The position numbers and the translations under genes were made by a program. Source: an uncultured Thermoleophilaceae bacterium (GTDB taxonomy: Bacteria > Actinomycetota > Thermoleophilia > Solirubrobacterales > Thermoleophilaceae). From it: DNA of 64,000 nucleotides. The notes under the pieces are model-generated. The model was not told the origin of the DNA. It was given only the letters and a program-made list of their open reading frames with translations, and searched no databases. Location of the stretch: positions 237,445-301,444 of the forward strand of contig CAWIUV010000003.1 of NCBI GenBank assembly GCA_963839405.1, written 5' to 3'. Below, piece by piece: positions 29,575 through 41,113 of this stretch; within the stretch, counting starts at the first letter, position 1, and every line of letters begins with the position of its first letter.

Positions 29575-32048
29575 CGCGCGCGAACGATCTTCGTGCGGGC
29601 CCGCATGGCGCGCTCGCCCTTGCGGCCCGTGACGACCGCGCGGTAGCGGCCGGGCCGTTCGATCCGGAAGCGTGCGACCCAGCGGCGGCGTCGCGGTCGT
29701 GAGGCGCTTCGTCGCCACGGTCTCGCCGCGGCGCAGGAGGCGGACCTTGAGCTGTGAGCCCTTCGGCGCCCGGCCGCGCACGACCAGGCGCTCGCCGTCG
29801 TCGCTCTTCGCGAGCCGCGCCGAGAACCGTCGCCGCGGCTTGTCCTTGCCCTTCCCGCCCGGCGTCGGATTCCCGCCCTCGCCGCGCCGCGCCACCATCT
29901 CGGGCGGCAGCGGGAACGAGGCGGCGGTCCCGCCCTCGATCGTCTCCTCGGAGAGCTCGATCGGCGTGTTCGCGAGGTAGGCCTCGAGCCTGACCGATCG
30001 CTTCCCGTCGATGTGGTCGGGACGCGTGTAGCCGAGGAAGGGCAGCTCGAGCGTTGCGCTTCGTGACCGACACCGTCTGCTGAGTGGGCACGGCGGCGAG
30101 CCACCACTCGGAGTGCGCCGTGGAGACCATGACGCCGATCCGGTGTCCCGGCAGGATGCGCCAGTCGTTGCCGTACATCCGGAGCGTGTAGGTACCGCTC
30201 TCCGGAACCAGCCGGCCCTGACGCGAGATGAGCGTCGCGCGGTTCTCCGCGTCGATGTCGTAGACGGCCGCAGCGAGGTTCGCGTTCGGCGCGCTCGATT
30301 CGACGTCAACGGTCAGCTGCGGGACGCCGGCCATGTGCGCCTCGTAGGGGAGCGGCGGCGAGATCGTCCAGATCCCAACGCCCGGGGTCCCGGTCACGGA
30401 TAGGCCGTCGTTGCTTGCCTTCGTGGCTGCGTCGTCCACGTACTCGCCAGCGTTGAGCGGCACCTCCACCGCGCGTGAGTCGGCGGGGGGCCACTGCTCC
30501 TCCGCTCGCCAGGTCCCGTCGCTCGTCTGGAGCGCGAGCGTCGGATCCTGGACCGTCGGCTCAACGCCCTTGAGCCACCGGTCGTAGAAGCGCAGGACCT
30601 CTTCGTTGAAGCCCTTGCGCCCCATTAGCAGCCGGTTGTCCTCGTTCACGTCGGTGCCGCGCACGTGGTCCCACATGCCGAACCAGGCGCGCTTCGGCGC
30701 GTCGACGGCGTTGAAGAAGTCCCAGGTCCCGTCGGGCTTCGTGTTGTTCTCGAGGAAGCCCTGGGTCAGGAAGAGGGGCGTCTTGCCGTCCGACGCCTTC
30801 GAGATCAGGTCGCGGTCAAGCCAGTACTGCGAGTCGTGGTTCGAGTCCTGCTGGTCGGCCCAGTTGAGCGCCTCGCAGCCGGGCCGCTCCGTCGTGTTGA
30901 CGCTGCCGATGAAGTAGTCGGGCTCGTCCGCGACGCTGCCGGGCGTGGCCGCGATCGCGTCGTAAAGCGCGGGTGTCGCGAGGGAGTTCAGGAAGCGGAT
31001 GCCGTCCGCGTACAGGTACCGGTACATGTCGTAGACCGGCTCCTGCGCGACGACGGCGGCCAGGCCCTTCGGGTTGAGGATCTCGCCCAGCAGGCCGGTG
31101 ACGCCGTCGTACGACTTGCCGTACATCCCGACCTTGCCGGTCGACCACGGCTGCGAGGCCGCCCATTCGACGGCGGCGACGACGTCGGCCTGCTCGCCCG
31201 GGCCGCTCCAGTCGAGGCAGCCCGTGCTGCCGCCGAACCCGCGCAGGTCGACCTGGACCCACGTGTAGCCCTTGCGGATGACGTCCGCGCCGAGGATGAA
31301 GTCCGCGAACCGGTTGGACGGGCCGGGCGTCGCGAACGGGTCGTAGGAGGTCCCCTGCGTCGGGCCCGCCGGGCCGGTCTGGCCCGTGTGGTTGAAGTAG
31401 GGGCCGATCGAGAGGATGACCGGCGTCTTCTGGTCGGCCGGCATGCCTTCGGGGCGAAGGATGTCCGCGTGCAGCACCGTGCCGTCCGGCTCCTCGATGT
31501 AGGCCTGGAGCCACTCGGCGCCCGCCTGCTTGTACCAGTCGAACGTGCTCGCGTCCGGCGGCTCGGGGCCGTATTCCGCCGGGGTCTTCGCCTTGCGTGA
31601 GTGTCGCCGTCGCCTCGTAGGTGGCGGCGACCGAGAGGAGCGCTTCCGCGCGGACGATGTAGTCACCCGCCTCGACCGTGGCGAGGAGGGCGCCCTGGTT
31701 GTCGAAGGCGCCGGTGCCCGCGACCGCGTCGCCCTGCGCGTTCCCCTCAGCGTCGCTCTTGTAGAGCGACATGTTGAGCCAGCCCTGATCGCTGGGCGAG
31801 CTGGCCTTCCAAGCGATCTCGAGCTGGCCCCCGTCCCCGACGTGCAGCAGGACGTCCTCGCATTGGTGCGTCGTGCCGCACGGCTCTCCGGCCAGGTTGC
31901 CGCCGCTCAGCGGTCCGCCGGTCCAGGTGAACGTCGGCGAGGCGGCCGAGACCGAGCCCGTCTGGACCGGTGCCGCGGCCGCGAGGGCGGGGAGGACGAA
32001 GAGGAGCAGCAGTGGGAGGGCGCGCAGGCGCCGAAGGTAAGAAGTCAT
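29571..32048 (-). pseudogene. Secreted CocE/NonD / X-Pro dipeptidyl-peptidase (S15) family hydrolase, three frame switches
   Basis: Signal peptide MTSYLRRLRALPLLLLFVLPALAAAAP, an N-terminal beta-rich domain and the S15 nucleophile block GMYGKSYDG. Pieces are ORFs 30816..32048, 29366..31666, 29362..30309 and 29571..30107, with junctions near 31600, 30075 and 29700. Confidence 0.8.
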
Positions 32049-32156
32049 TACTCAGCCTCAACGCTCGACGCGGCGCGGAAACTTGCATCGTGGGGTACGG
32101 TTTCGTACCAGCTGGCGCAGGCAGGGGGCTTCGCGCCGCTAGACCGAGGGAGACAG

Positions 32157-34359
32157 ATGAAGAAGCTGTTCGGTGCCGCGTTCGTCGCCTGCTTGCTGTG
32201 CGCGCCCGCTGCCCAGGCCGCCGTCGAGATCGACGTCCTGTCGAACCGCGCCGACCTCATCTCCGCCGGCGACGCGCTCGTCGAGGTCAAGCTTCCCGCC
32301 GGCACCGACCCCTCCGGCGTCGTCGTCACGGACGACGGCCGCGACGTGTCGAGCGCTTTCGCCGTGAACGGGGACGGGCGCTTCCTCGGCCTGGTCGAAG
32401 GTCTCGACGACGGCGACAACGTGCTTCAGGCGACCCTGCCGGACGGCTCGGGCGCGCGCATCACGATCACGAACCATCCGAACGGCGGGCCGGTCTTCTC
32501 GGGGCCGCAGGTGCAGCCGTGGGTCTGCCAGGAGACCGCCGTCGACGAGCAGTGCAACCAGCCCGTGTCGTACGAGTTCCAGTACCAGAACACGAACGGC
32601 CAGTTCGCCGCCTACGACCCGGAGAGCCCGCCGTCCGATGTGGCGACCACCACGACCGACGAGGGCAACGAGGTGCCCTACATCGTCCGGATCGAGACGG
32701 GCTACCAGGCGCGCGACCAGTACAAGATCGCGGTCCTCTACGACCCGTCGCAGCCGTTCACGGCGGCCAGCCCGCAGGACGGCTTCAACCACAAGCTTCT
32801 GATCACGCACGGCGCGAGCTGCGGGATCGAGCGCCAGGCCGGCTCGGCGCCCGACGTGATGAACGACACCGCGCTCTCGCGCGGCTTCGCGGTCATGTCA
32901 ACCGCGCTCAACAACGCCGGGCACAACTGCAACATCATCACCCAGGCCGAGTCGATGGTGATGGCGAAGGAGCGGCTCGTCGAGCAGTACGGCGAGCTCC
33001 GCTACACGATCGGCACCGGCTGCTCGGGCGGCTCGCTGACGCAGCAGCAGGTGGCGAACGCCTACCCCGGCCTGTACCAGGGGATCCTCCCTGCTTGCTC
33101 GTTCCCGGACTCGTGGTCCACGGGGCAGCAGCTCGCTTCGTACAACCTTCTGCGGCGCTACCTCGAGGACCCGACGAAGTGGGCGCCGGGTGTCGTGTGG
33201 GAGCCGGCCTCGATCGGCGCGGTCGAGGGCCATCCCAACCACGTCAACTCGATCGTCTTCGACACGGTCTACTGGACCTCGCTCGGCGTGCCGGACGACG
33301 GCTGCCCGGGCGTCCCGCCGAGCAGAACTACAACGCGGAGACGAACCCCACCGGGGTCCGCTGCACGCTCGCGGACTACATGATCAACGTCTTCGGCCCG
33401 CGGCCGGAGGAGCTCTGGACGCCGCAGGAGCACGCGGCCGGCTACGGCTTCGCCGGGCTGCCGCTCGGCGACGAGGGCGTGCAGTTCGGGCTGAAGGCGC
33501 TCGAGAAGGGCCAGATCACCCCGGCGCAGTTCGTTGACCTGAACGCGAAGGTGGGCGGTGTCGACATCGACATCAACCCGATCCCCGAGCGCCTCCCCGC
33601 CACCCAGCCCGCGCTCGACCGCGCGTACAAGAGCGGCGCGATCAACCAGGGCAACAACCTCGATCAGGTCGCGATCATCGACCTGCGCGGTCCCGACCCG
33701 GGTGCGTTCCACGACGCGTACCGCTCGTGGGCGATCCGGGCGCGGCTCGAGCGCGAGCAGGGCCACTTCAAGCAACCACGTCATCTGGTTCGGCCACGTC
33801 CCGCTGTCGGGCGACTCGAACTTCGTCAGCGATGCCATCGTCGCGATGGACGGCTGGCTCGCCGCGGTCGAGGCCGACTCGAGCGACAAGTCGCTGGCGG
33901 ACAAGATCGTGGACAACCGGCCCGCCGAGATCCAGGACAAGTGCTCGCAGATCCCCGGTGTCGAGCAGGTCGTCGTCCCGGGCATCGGGAAGGTCTGCGA
34001 GAACGAGCAGGTCCAGACCCGATACGGCACGCCGGTGACGGTTGCGGGCGAGAGCATCGCCACCGACACGAACCAGTGCCAGCTGAAGCCGCTGCAGCGC
34101 GAGCGACTACTACCCGATCGGCTTCACGGACGATCAGTGGGCGCAGCTCGAGGCGACGTTCCCGACGGGCGTCTGCGACTGGTCAGTTCCGGGGGTCAGC
34201 CAGCAGGACACGATCCCGTGGCAGACCTACCAGGAGAAGGACGGATCTGTCATCTACGGCGGGCGCCCGCTGGGCGACGCCCCGACTTCGGAGGCATTCG
34301 ATGGTTCGACGGCTCGTGGCAGTGGTCGCGCTCGCGGTCGCGGTCCCCGCGGCGGCTAA
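32157..34359 (+). pseudogene. Secreted large hydrolase-like protein (resembles the actinobacterial DUF6351 family), three frame switches
   Basis: GAGGGAGACAG-ATG and signal peptide MKKLFGAAFVACLLCAPAAQA. Conserved blocks ITNHPNGGPVFSGPQVQPWVC, GTGCSGGSLTQQQ and RDYYPIGFTDDQWAQLEATFPTGVCDW. Junctions near 33310, 33775 and 34100. The 3' end is uncertain. Confidence 0.55.
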
Positions 34360-35760
34360 CGCGCCAGGTTCCCAATCCGACGGTCGAGGGCCCGATCGAG
34401 GGCGGCGTCCGCGGGTACCCGTGGAACAAGAGCCTGTTCGACCTCGAGAAGCCCGACTACTCGGAGAAGGAGTACTTCTTCGGCGGGGTAGCCACGAACC
34501 TATCGAGCGGGCTGACCGCGCCCTACAAGAGCCGGATGCTCGTGCGCCTGCCGCGCGACCCGAAGGACTTCAGCGGGACGGTGACGGTGGAGTGGCTGAA
34601 CGTCACCGGCCAGAACGACCTGGAGACGAGCTGGCCGCCGGCGGGCGAGTACATGATGGAGCAGGGGGTCGGCTACGTCGGGGTCTCGGCGCAGCTCGCC
34701 GGCGTGTGCTGCGGGCCGACGACGCTGAAGGGGTGGGACGCGACGCGCTACGCGACGCTGGTCCACCCGGGCGACGAGTTCTCGTTCGACATCTTCTCCC
34801 AGGCGATCGAGGCGCTGAGCGACCCGGCTCACAACGCGACCACGCCCGGATCGCCGAAGCAGATCGACCCGATGCTGGGCTTGGAGGCCGAGCACATCGT
34901 CGCCAACGGCGCCTCGCAATCCGCCGGCCGGCTCACCACGCACGTGAACGACGGCTACAACCGCGGCGGCATCGACCTCTACACGATCACCCGCGGGGGC
35001 GGGCCGTACGACGACTTCTCGACGCCGATCTTCCAGCTGAACGAGGAGGGGCTCGGCGAGCTCCAGCCCGACAGCGACAGCTACCGCGCATGGGAGGAGG
35101 CGGGCACGGCGCACGCGCCCGCGGCGTGGTGGAACTACGTGTGGGCGGAGCTCCAGCGCGACCACGTCGGCGCACCGGCGCCGGACGCGTTGAACGTGGC
35201 GTGCGCGGTGAACCGCGGCTCGGTGGACTACAGCGCGCGGGCGCTCGCGTTCTGGACCGAGGAGTACTTCAAGAACGGCACCCTCCCGCCGTCGGTCCCG
35301 CGGATCGAGCGCGACGAGAACGGGGACGTCGTTCGCGACGAGCACGGCGCTGGCCGTCGGCGGAATCCGGCATCCGTTCATCGAGGTGCCGGTGGCCCAC
35401 AACGCGGCCGAGGGCTGCCCGCTGTGGGGCACCTACAAGTCCTGGAGCTCGGAGAAGATCAAGTCCCTCTACCCGACGCACGACGAGTACGTCGACCAGG
35501 TCAAGGACTGGACGGGCCAGGAGGTCAAGCTCGGCTGGATGATCCCCGCGGATCGCGATGACGCGATCCGCAAGGCGGAGCAGTTCGACCTGCCCTGGAC
35601 CGCCGGCTCCTGCTACGACACCTACAACCAGCAGGCGAACGAGACGGGGCCGCTGTCGGGGCCGATCGGCCAGGCCAGCTTCGAGCCGAGCCTCCCTGGC
35701 GGCAGCCAGGCTGCGCTTCGCGAGGCGAACTGCAACGCGGTGGTGCCGCTCGGCCTGTAG
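34301..35760 (+). pseudogene. Secreted alpha/beta-hydrolase-domain protein, two frame switches
   Basis: Signal peptide MVRRLVAVVALAVAVPAAANA, then PNPTVEGPIEGGVRGYPWNKS..VTVEWLNVTGQNDLE..ANGASQSAGRL... The C-terminal part (GIRHPFIEVPVAHNAAEGCPLWGTYKSW..) is in ORF 35386..35760. Junctions near 34365 and 35355. Confidence 0.6.
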
Positions 35761-35779
35761 ATCGTGAGAGGATCGCCCT

Positions 35780-36704
35780 GTGGACGCCCAGCTCGAAGAC
35801 TGGCGGTCGCGGGGCGAGGCCTTCGACTACCTCGGCTTCGAGGTCTTCTACCGCCGTGAGGGCAGCGGCCCGGTGCTGCTTCTGGTCCACGGGTATCCGT
35901 TCAGCTCGTTCGACTGGAAGGAGATCTGGCCGGCGCTGACCGAGCGCTTCACGGTGATCGCGCCGGACATGCTGGGCATGGGCTTCTCGGCGAAGCCGGC
36001 GGAGTACGAGTACACGGTTCACGACCACGCCGACATGCACGAGGCGCTGCTCGAGCACCTCGGCATCACCGAGTGTCACGTGCTGGCACACGACATCGGT
36101 GACAGCGTCGTGCAGGAGATGCTCGCGCGACACGAGGAGCGCGACGAGGCGAGCCGGCCGTATGCGATCAGGTCGATCACCTGGCTGAACGGCGGCATGT
36201 TCATCGAGGCGTACCGGCCGCGCATGATCCAGACGCTCACCGCAAAGACGCCCGTCGGCGGCCTGTTCGCGATGTTTCCCTCGGTGTTCCTCTCCGACCG
36301 GGTCCTCCGTCCCGCGATCAACGAGGTGTTCGGGCCGAACACGAAGCCGTCGGACGAGCTGTGGCAGCAGCTGAGCGAGATCCTGAGCTACAACGACGGC
36401 CGCGTCGTCACGCACAAGGTCGGCCGCTTCGTCATCGACCGCGCGCACCACCGCAACCGTTGGGTCGCCGGCGATGCGCGCGACGAGTGTCCCTATGCGA
36501 CTGATCGACGGGCCGTGCGACCCGAACTCAGGCCGCCACATGGCCGAGCGCTACGCGGAGCTGATGCCCGACGCCGACGTCGTTTTCCTCGACGAGGACA
36601 TCGGGCACTGGCCGCAGATCGAGGATCCCGAGGGAGTGCTGAAGCACTTCCTCGAGTTCGTCGATCAGGTGGAGGCGACGTCCACCGTGATCAAGCCGCG
36701 GTAG
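35780..36704 (+). pseudogene. Alpha/beta-fold hydrolase (epoxide hydrolase / MEST-like, Asp nucleophile), one frameshift near 36470
   Basis: LLLVHGYPFSSFDW and nucleophile elbow LAHDIGD. C-terminal part PMRLIDGPCDPNSG..DIGHWPQIEDPEG is in ORF 36474..36704. GTG start. Confidence 0.75.
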
Positions 36705-37338
36705 CCGCGCCCTTCTCCGACAGCGTGAGCTCGAGATCCTCGCTGTAGAGGCTGTCGTTCTCGTTGAGCGTCGTGCGCCCCTCGTGCGAGGCATAGGGCT
36801 CTGCCTCGAAAACCTTCCCGCTGAATTCGTCATCGAAGCTGAACTGGGTCGTCAGCACGGTCTGCCTGTCGACATGGACCTTGGCGTGGATGTGAACCGT
36901 GCGGCCGGGGTACCAGCCCGGGTAGATCGTGGTGAATTCGGCAACGCCGTTCTTGTCGGTCACCTGGGCGCCGCGTAGATATGTCTCGCCCTCCGCGGAG
37001 TAGTTACCTGTCGCGTCGCAATGCCAGATGTCCACCACGGAGTCGGCAAGCGGGCTGCAATCCGCCGCGTCGCGGACCCGAATGCCCAGCCGGAGCTCCG
37101 CTCCCTCACGGTCCTCGCGAATGTCGCTGCGGATCTTGTCAACGTCGAAGTAGAAGGGGCCCTCGGTCAGCTCGGCTGTCTGCGTGCAGGTGGCCGCGGA
37201 GTCGAAGTCGTCTCCGCCGGTGGTCTCGCCGGCGTGACGGCTCCGTCGTCGTCATCGCCGCCGCAGGCGGCGAGCAGCGCGGCCAGGCTGACGCTCCCGA
37301 GGCCCGCGAGCGCCTGTCGTCTGCTGCACGCGGTTCAC
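36691..37338 (-). pseudogene. Intradiol ring-cleavage dioxygenase-family protein with Tat/lipoprotein-type signal, two frame switches in the N-terminal 50 codons
   Basis: Mature part TEGPFYFDVDKIRSDIRED..VVDIWHCDATGNYS..YPGWYPGRTVHIHAKV. The signal RRQALAGLGSVSLAALLAACGG and the start VNRVQQ lie in other frames. Confidence 0.7.
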
Positions 37339-37395
37339 TCGGGGGAGACTAAGGCCCGCGGCGCGGGATGATGGAGGCAATGGCCCGCGCCGCCC

Positions 37396-37866
37396 ATGCC
37401 ACGACGGGACCGGGCGGCGATCGTCGCGATCGTCAACGCCGCCGCCGAGGCGTATCGCGACGTCATTCCGGCGGACCGCTGGCATGAGCCGTACATGCCG
37501 GCCGAGCGAGCTCGACGGGGAGATCGGGGCAGGCGTCAGGTTCTGGGGCTACGAGGCTGGCGGCGAGTTGATCGGCGTGATGGGGATCCAGGAAGTGGAG
37601 GACGTCACGCTGATTCGCCACGCCTACGTCGCGCCCGGTAGCCAGCGGCGCGGCGTCGGCGGCGCACTGCTCGAGCAGCTGCTCGCATCGACCGACCGGC
37701 CGATCCTCGTCGGCACCTGGGCGGCGGCCGAGTGGGCGATCCGCTTCTACGAGCGGCACGGCTTCGAACTCGTCTCGCCGGAGCGACCGCCGAGCTGCTC
37801 AAGCGCTACTGGTCGATCCCTGACCGCCAGATCGAGACGTCCGTCGTGCTCACTCGGTCGCGCTGA
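37396..37866 (+). pseudogene. GNAT-family N-acetyltransferase, two frame switches (near 37505 and 37785)
   Basis: IVAIVNAAAEAYRDVIP.., then GVMGIQEVEDVTLIRHAYVAPGSQRRGVGGALL (Q/RxxGxG/A) and FYERHGFELV, then C-terminus TAELLKRYWSIPDRQIETSVVL. Confidence 0.75.
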
Positions 37867-39211
37867 CGACGAGCCGCGCAAACGCGTCGAGCCCGACGTC
37901 GTCATCCGGCACGTTCCAGCCCATCCGCGCGATCACGAGATCGTGGCTCGGGATCACGAGCGCCGCCTGGCCGAACGCCCCGGACGCGTAGTAGGTGTCG
38001 GGCGGCAGCGACGGGAATGCCTCCTGGCCGCTGTTGATCCACCAGAACCCGCCGTAATGCGTGGCGGTGGGGGCGGGCGTTCGCACGAACTTCGTCCACT
38101 TGCGCGAGAGCATGCGGCGGCCGTTCCAGCGCCCGTTCTGCAGGTGGACCAGGCCGAGCCGGGCGAGGTCGCGTGCCGTCGTGAAGGCGGTGCCGCTCGC
38201 GATGAACTGTCCGTACGGGTCGGTCTCGAGCGTCGTCGTGCGCATCCCGAGCGGCTCGAGCAGGTGGCGCTGCGCCCATGCCGAGAAGTTCCTTCCCCGG
38301 CGCGCGAGCACCCGCTTGGCGGAAGCCGCCGCGGACAGGACGTTCGCGTTCCGGTACTGCCAGCGCGTGTTCGGCGGCACCTCCAGCGGCGCTTCGAGCG
38401 CGTCCGCGTAGGTGTCGAAGCCGTCGAAGTAGATGAAGGCGTGCTCGCTCTCCGGCGTGAACGTCTGGAGGCTGTTGACGGTGCCCTCGTACTGGTTCTG
38501 CTTCAGGCCGCTCGACATGTTGAGCAGGTTGCGAAGAGTGATCTCGCGCCGCTCGTCGCCGTCCCACTCGTGCAGGAGCGGCGGCCGGCGGTCGAGGTCG
38601 AGCCTGCCGCGATCGACGAGCAGGCCGACGATCGACGCGGTGACGCTCTTCGCCGTGGACCAGCTGCGCTGCTGCACGAACGGTCCGAAGCCGGGCGCGT
38701 ACTGCTCGCCGACCAGCTCGCCCTTGTGCACCACCACGAGCGCGCGCGTCCCCTCGCGCTTGATGTAGGTGTCGAGCGCGAGGTCGAGCGCGTTCTGGTC
38801 GATGTCGCTCTTGCCGTGCCAGACGCGCTCGCCCACAGGCCAGCGCTTGCTGCGCGGCGGGCCGCGCCACGGCAGCGAGCGCGGCTTGTAGTGAAGCTGC
38901 TCGGAGTAGCTCGGCAGGATCACGCAGCCCTGGTCCTTCGCGCGCACGGCGGTGCGCGGCGGCTGCCCGGGGTGCGAGACCGTGACGCGCTGCTGCTCGC
39001 GGTCGATGGCGATCTCCGCGCTGTCGATCACGAAGCCGGGGGCGAGGATGAACGCCCCGCGCAGGTCGTTCTTGATCGGCGCCGGGTCCTCCTTCGCTAT
39101 CAGCGCGCGTGAGCAGATCTCCTTCGCGGCGAAAGCGGAGGCGTACTCGGCCGGGTCGCCCTCGAACTCGGGCCCGGGCGGGGTCGGGTGCTCCTCTGCT
39201 TCTTCGCGGAC
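37850..39211 (-). CDS. Serine hydrolase of the beta-lactamase (class C / esterase) family; N-terminal boundary undefined
   Basis: SxxK motif WSTAKSV, YxN motif YRNAN and the characteristic C-terminal half. The same frame stays open upstream into the beta-propeller gene, with no stop or obvious start in between. Confidence 0.7.
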   Translation of the reverse strand, partial: VREEAEEHPTPPGPEFEGDPAEYASAFAAKEICSRALIAKEDPAPIKNDLRGAFILAPGFVIDSAEIAIDREQQRVTVSHPGQPPRTAVRAKDQGCVILPSYSEQLHYKPRSLPWRGPPRSKRWPVGERVWHGKSDIDQNALDLALDTYIKREGTRALVVVHKGELVGEQYAPGFGPFVQQRSWSTAKSVTASIVGLLVDRGRLDLDRRPPLLHEWDGDERREITLRNLLNMSSGLKQNQYEGTVNSLQTFTPESEHAFIYFDGFDTYADALEAPLEVPPNTRWQYRNANVLSAAASAKRVLARRGRNFSAWAQRHLLEPLGMRTTTLETDPYGQFIASGTAFTTARDLARLGLVHLQNGRWNGRRMLSRKWTKFVRTPAPTATHYGGFWWINSGQEAFPSLPPDTYYASGAFGQAALVIPSHDLVIARMGWNVPDDDVGLDAFARLVVSATE

Positions 39212-40455
39212 GCTCGCGCGGCGCGTCGTCCAGCTCCGCTTGACCTTGCAGCCCAGGATCGTCGGCAGCGTGCAGATCACCCCGCGTGGCAGGCGCGCGG
39301 CCTCGATCTGCTTCGGCCCGTCGCCGGTCTCGATCCGCCGGATCTCCTTCTCCCTCCTGATCGAGATCACCGACAGCGTGTCGGCGCGGGTGTTCGGCAC
39401 GAAGCAGCGCCCGCCGCGCGGGCTGATCGCCGCCCAGCCGGGCGCGTCGTCCACCTCGATGATCGCGCGCGGCCGCAGCCGCCGCGTGGAGAGGAGCGCG
39501 ACGTAGTCCGACGCGCGGCCGGCGCCGCACAGAGCGTGCGCTCGTCGGGCGTCATCGCGAGGCCGTGATGCGGCGCCTCGAAGTCGTAGTCGTCCTCGGT
39601 GACGCCGTCGTCGATCGGGAGCTTCCGCTCGCGCACGATGCGCCCCGTCTCGAGATCGAACTTCACGACTCCGTGGAACTCGGACAGCTGCGCGTACAGG
39701 CGGCGCTCGTCGTGCGTGATCACGTACGGCCTGATGCCGCGCTCGAAGTCGTATGCGCGCACCGGCTCGAGGGTCTGCGAGTCGACGACCGTCAGCCGGT
39801 ACGGCGAGGCTCCGCCGGCGGCCGCCTCGCGGCTCTCCTCGGGCGCGACGATGTTGCCGATGCTGCCGTTGTAGATGCGCTCGCCGTCCGGGCTCAGGTG
39901 GTTGTCGTGCGGCCACTGTCCGGACGGGAACGTCGCGACGATCGCGTGGCTGCTCGGTGTCGATCACCTCGACCTCGTCCTCGGTGAGCGCGGAGACGTA
40001 GAGGCGGCTGCCGTCTTCTGAGATCGTCATGTGGTCCGAGCGGAAGCCCGGGATCGGCACCTTCCAGAGCAGCCTGCCCGCTCCTGATCGAGAACGCCGC
40101 CACGTCGCCGCGATGGCCGCGCGATACGTAGAGGGTGCGCCCGTCCGGCGACACGTCCAGGTCCTGCGCGAAGTTCTTGCCGCCGGCCGCTTCGACCATC
40201 TGCTGCCCGAAGATGCGCCTGCGTCGGGTTGTCCGTCAGCCCGGGCTCGGGCCCGTCGGGCAGGATGTCGATGCTCCTCAGCACCCGCGGGCGGCGCGCG
40301 TCCACGATGTCGACCGTCCCGCCCTCCGCGTTCGCGACGAGCATGACGTCGCGGGCGCCGATGGTGCCCTCCGGCACGCCGCCGACGTTGGCGGCAGCGG
40401 ACGACGCGGTCGCAAGAACCGCCGCCATCGCCGCAACGCATACCCCCAGCCTCAC
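39212..40455 (-). pseudogene. Secreted YVTN/YncE-like beta-propeller repeat protein, four frame switches
   Basis: Signal VRLGVCVAAMAAVLATASSAAA and repeated ..SPDG(R/E)..Y(V/N).. blades (DVSPDGRTLYVS, ISEDGSRLYVS, LSPDGERIYNG, MTPDERTLCAA). Junctions near 40225, 40080, 39950 and 39520. Confidence 0.6.
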
Positions 40456-40478
40456 GCCGCGCTTAGGGTACTTCGCGC

Positions 40479-41024
40479 GTGGTGCAATCCGCTGAACACG
40501 ACGCGGCCGTCGCACCGTTCCCGGGTGGCCCGATCCGGCGGTTCATCTTCGCCCACCTCGCATCGCGCCAGGTCTCGCGCGTCATCTACGGCGCGATCAT
40601 CGGGCTGGCGCTGATCGTTGCGCTGGAGACGCATTCGCCCGGCGTGGGATCGGTCATCGCCACGTTGCTGGGAACGGCGGTGGCCGTCGCGCTGGCGGAG
40701 CTCTACAGCGAGGTGATCGGGTTCGAGGCGATGGGGCGCAGGAAGGCCAGCCGTGCGGAGTTGCCGCATCTGGCAGGCGACATCGCGGCGGTCACGTTCG
40801 GGGTCGCGTTTCCGACTGTGTTCTTCGTCCTCGCCGCCGTTGACGTCCTCGACGAGGAGACGGCGTTCGAGGTCGCGAAGTGGGCGGGGCTCGGCCTCAT
40901 CGGGCTGTACGGATTCGCGGGCGCGCGCCTCTCGGGCAACAGCCGCCTCAACTCGCTTCTGAAGGCGACGGGGGTGGCGTTGATCGGCGCGGCGTTGATC
41001 GGGCTGAAGGCGCTCGTGCACTGA
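40479..41024 (+). CDS. Integral membrane protein of unknown function (4-5 TM helices)
   Basis: Hydrophobic segments IYGAIIGLALIVAL, VIATLLGTAVAVALA, IAAVTFGVAFPTVFFVLAAV, LGLIGLYGFAG and VALIGAALIGL. The start is uncertain. Confidence 0.5.
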   Translation: MVQSAEHDAAVAPFPGGPIRRFIFAHLASRQVSRVIYGAIIGLALIVALETHSPGVGSVIATLLGTAVAVALAELYSEVIGFEAMGRRKASRAELPHLAGDIAAVTFGVAFPTVFFVLAAVDVLDEETAFEVAKWAGLGLIGLYGFAGARLSGNSRLNSLLKATGVALIGAALIGLKALVH

Positions 41025-41113
41025 CTCAGTACACGATGCGGGCGCGCTGCCGTCGCGATGAGCAACGCTGCTGTGACTCGATGAGTTTGAATCACAGGAG
41101 CAGTCATACCGAC

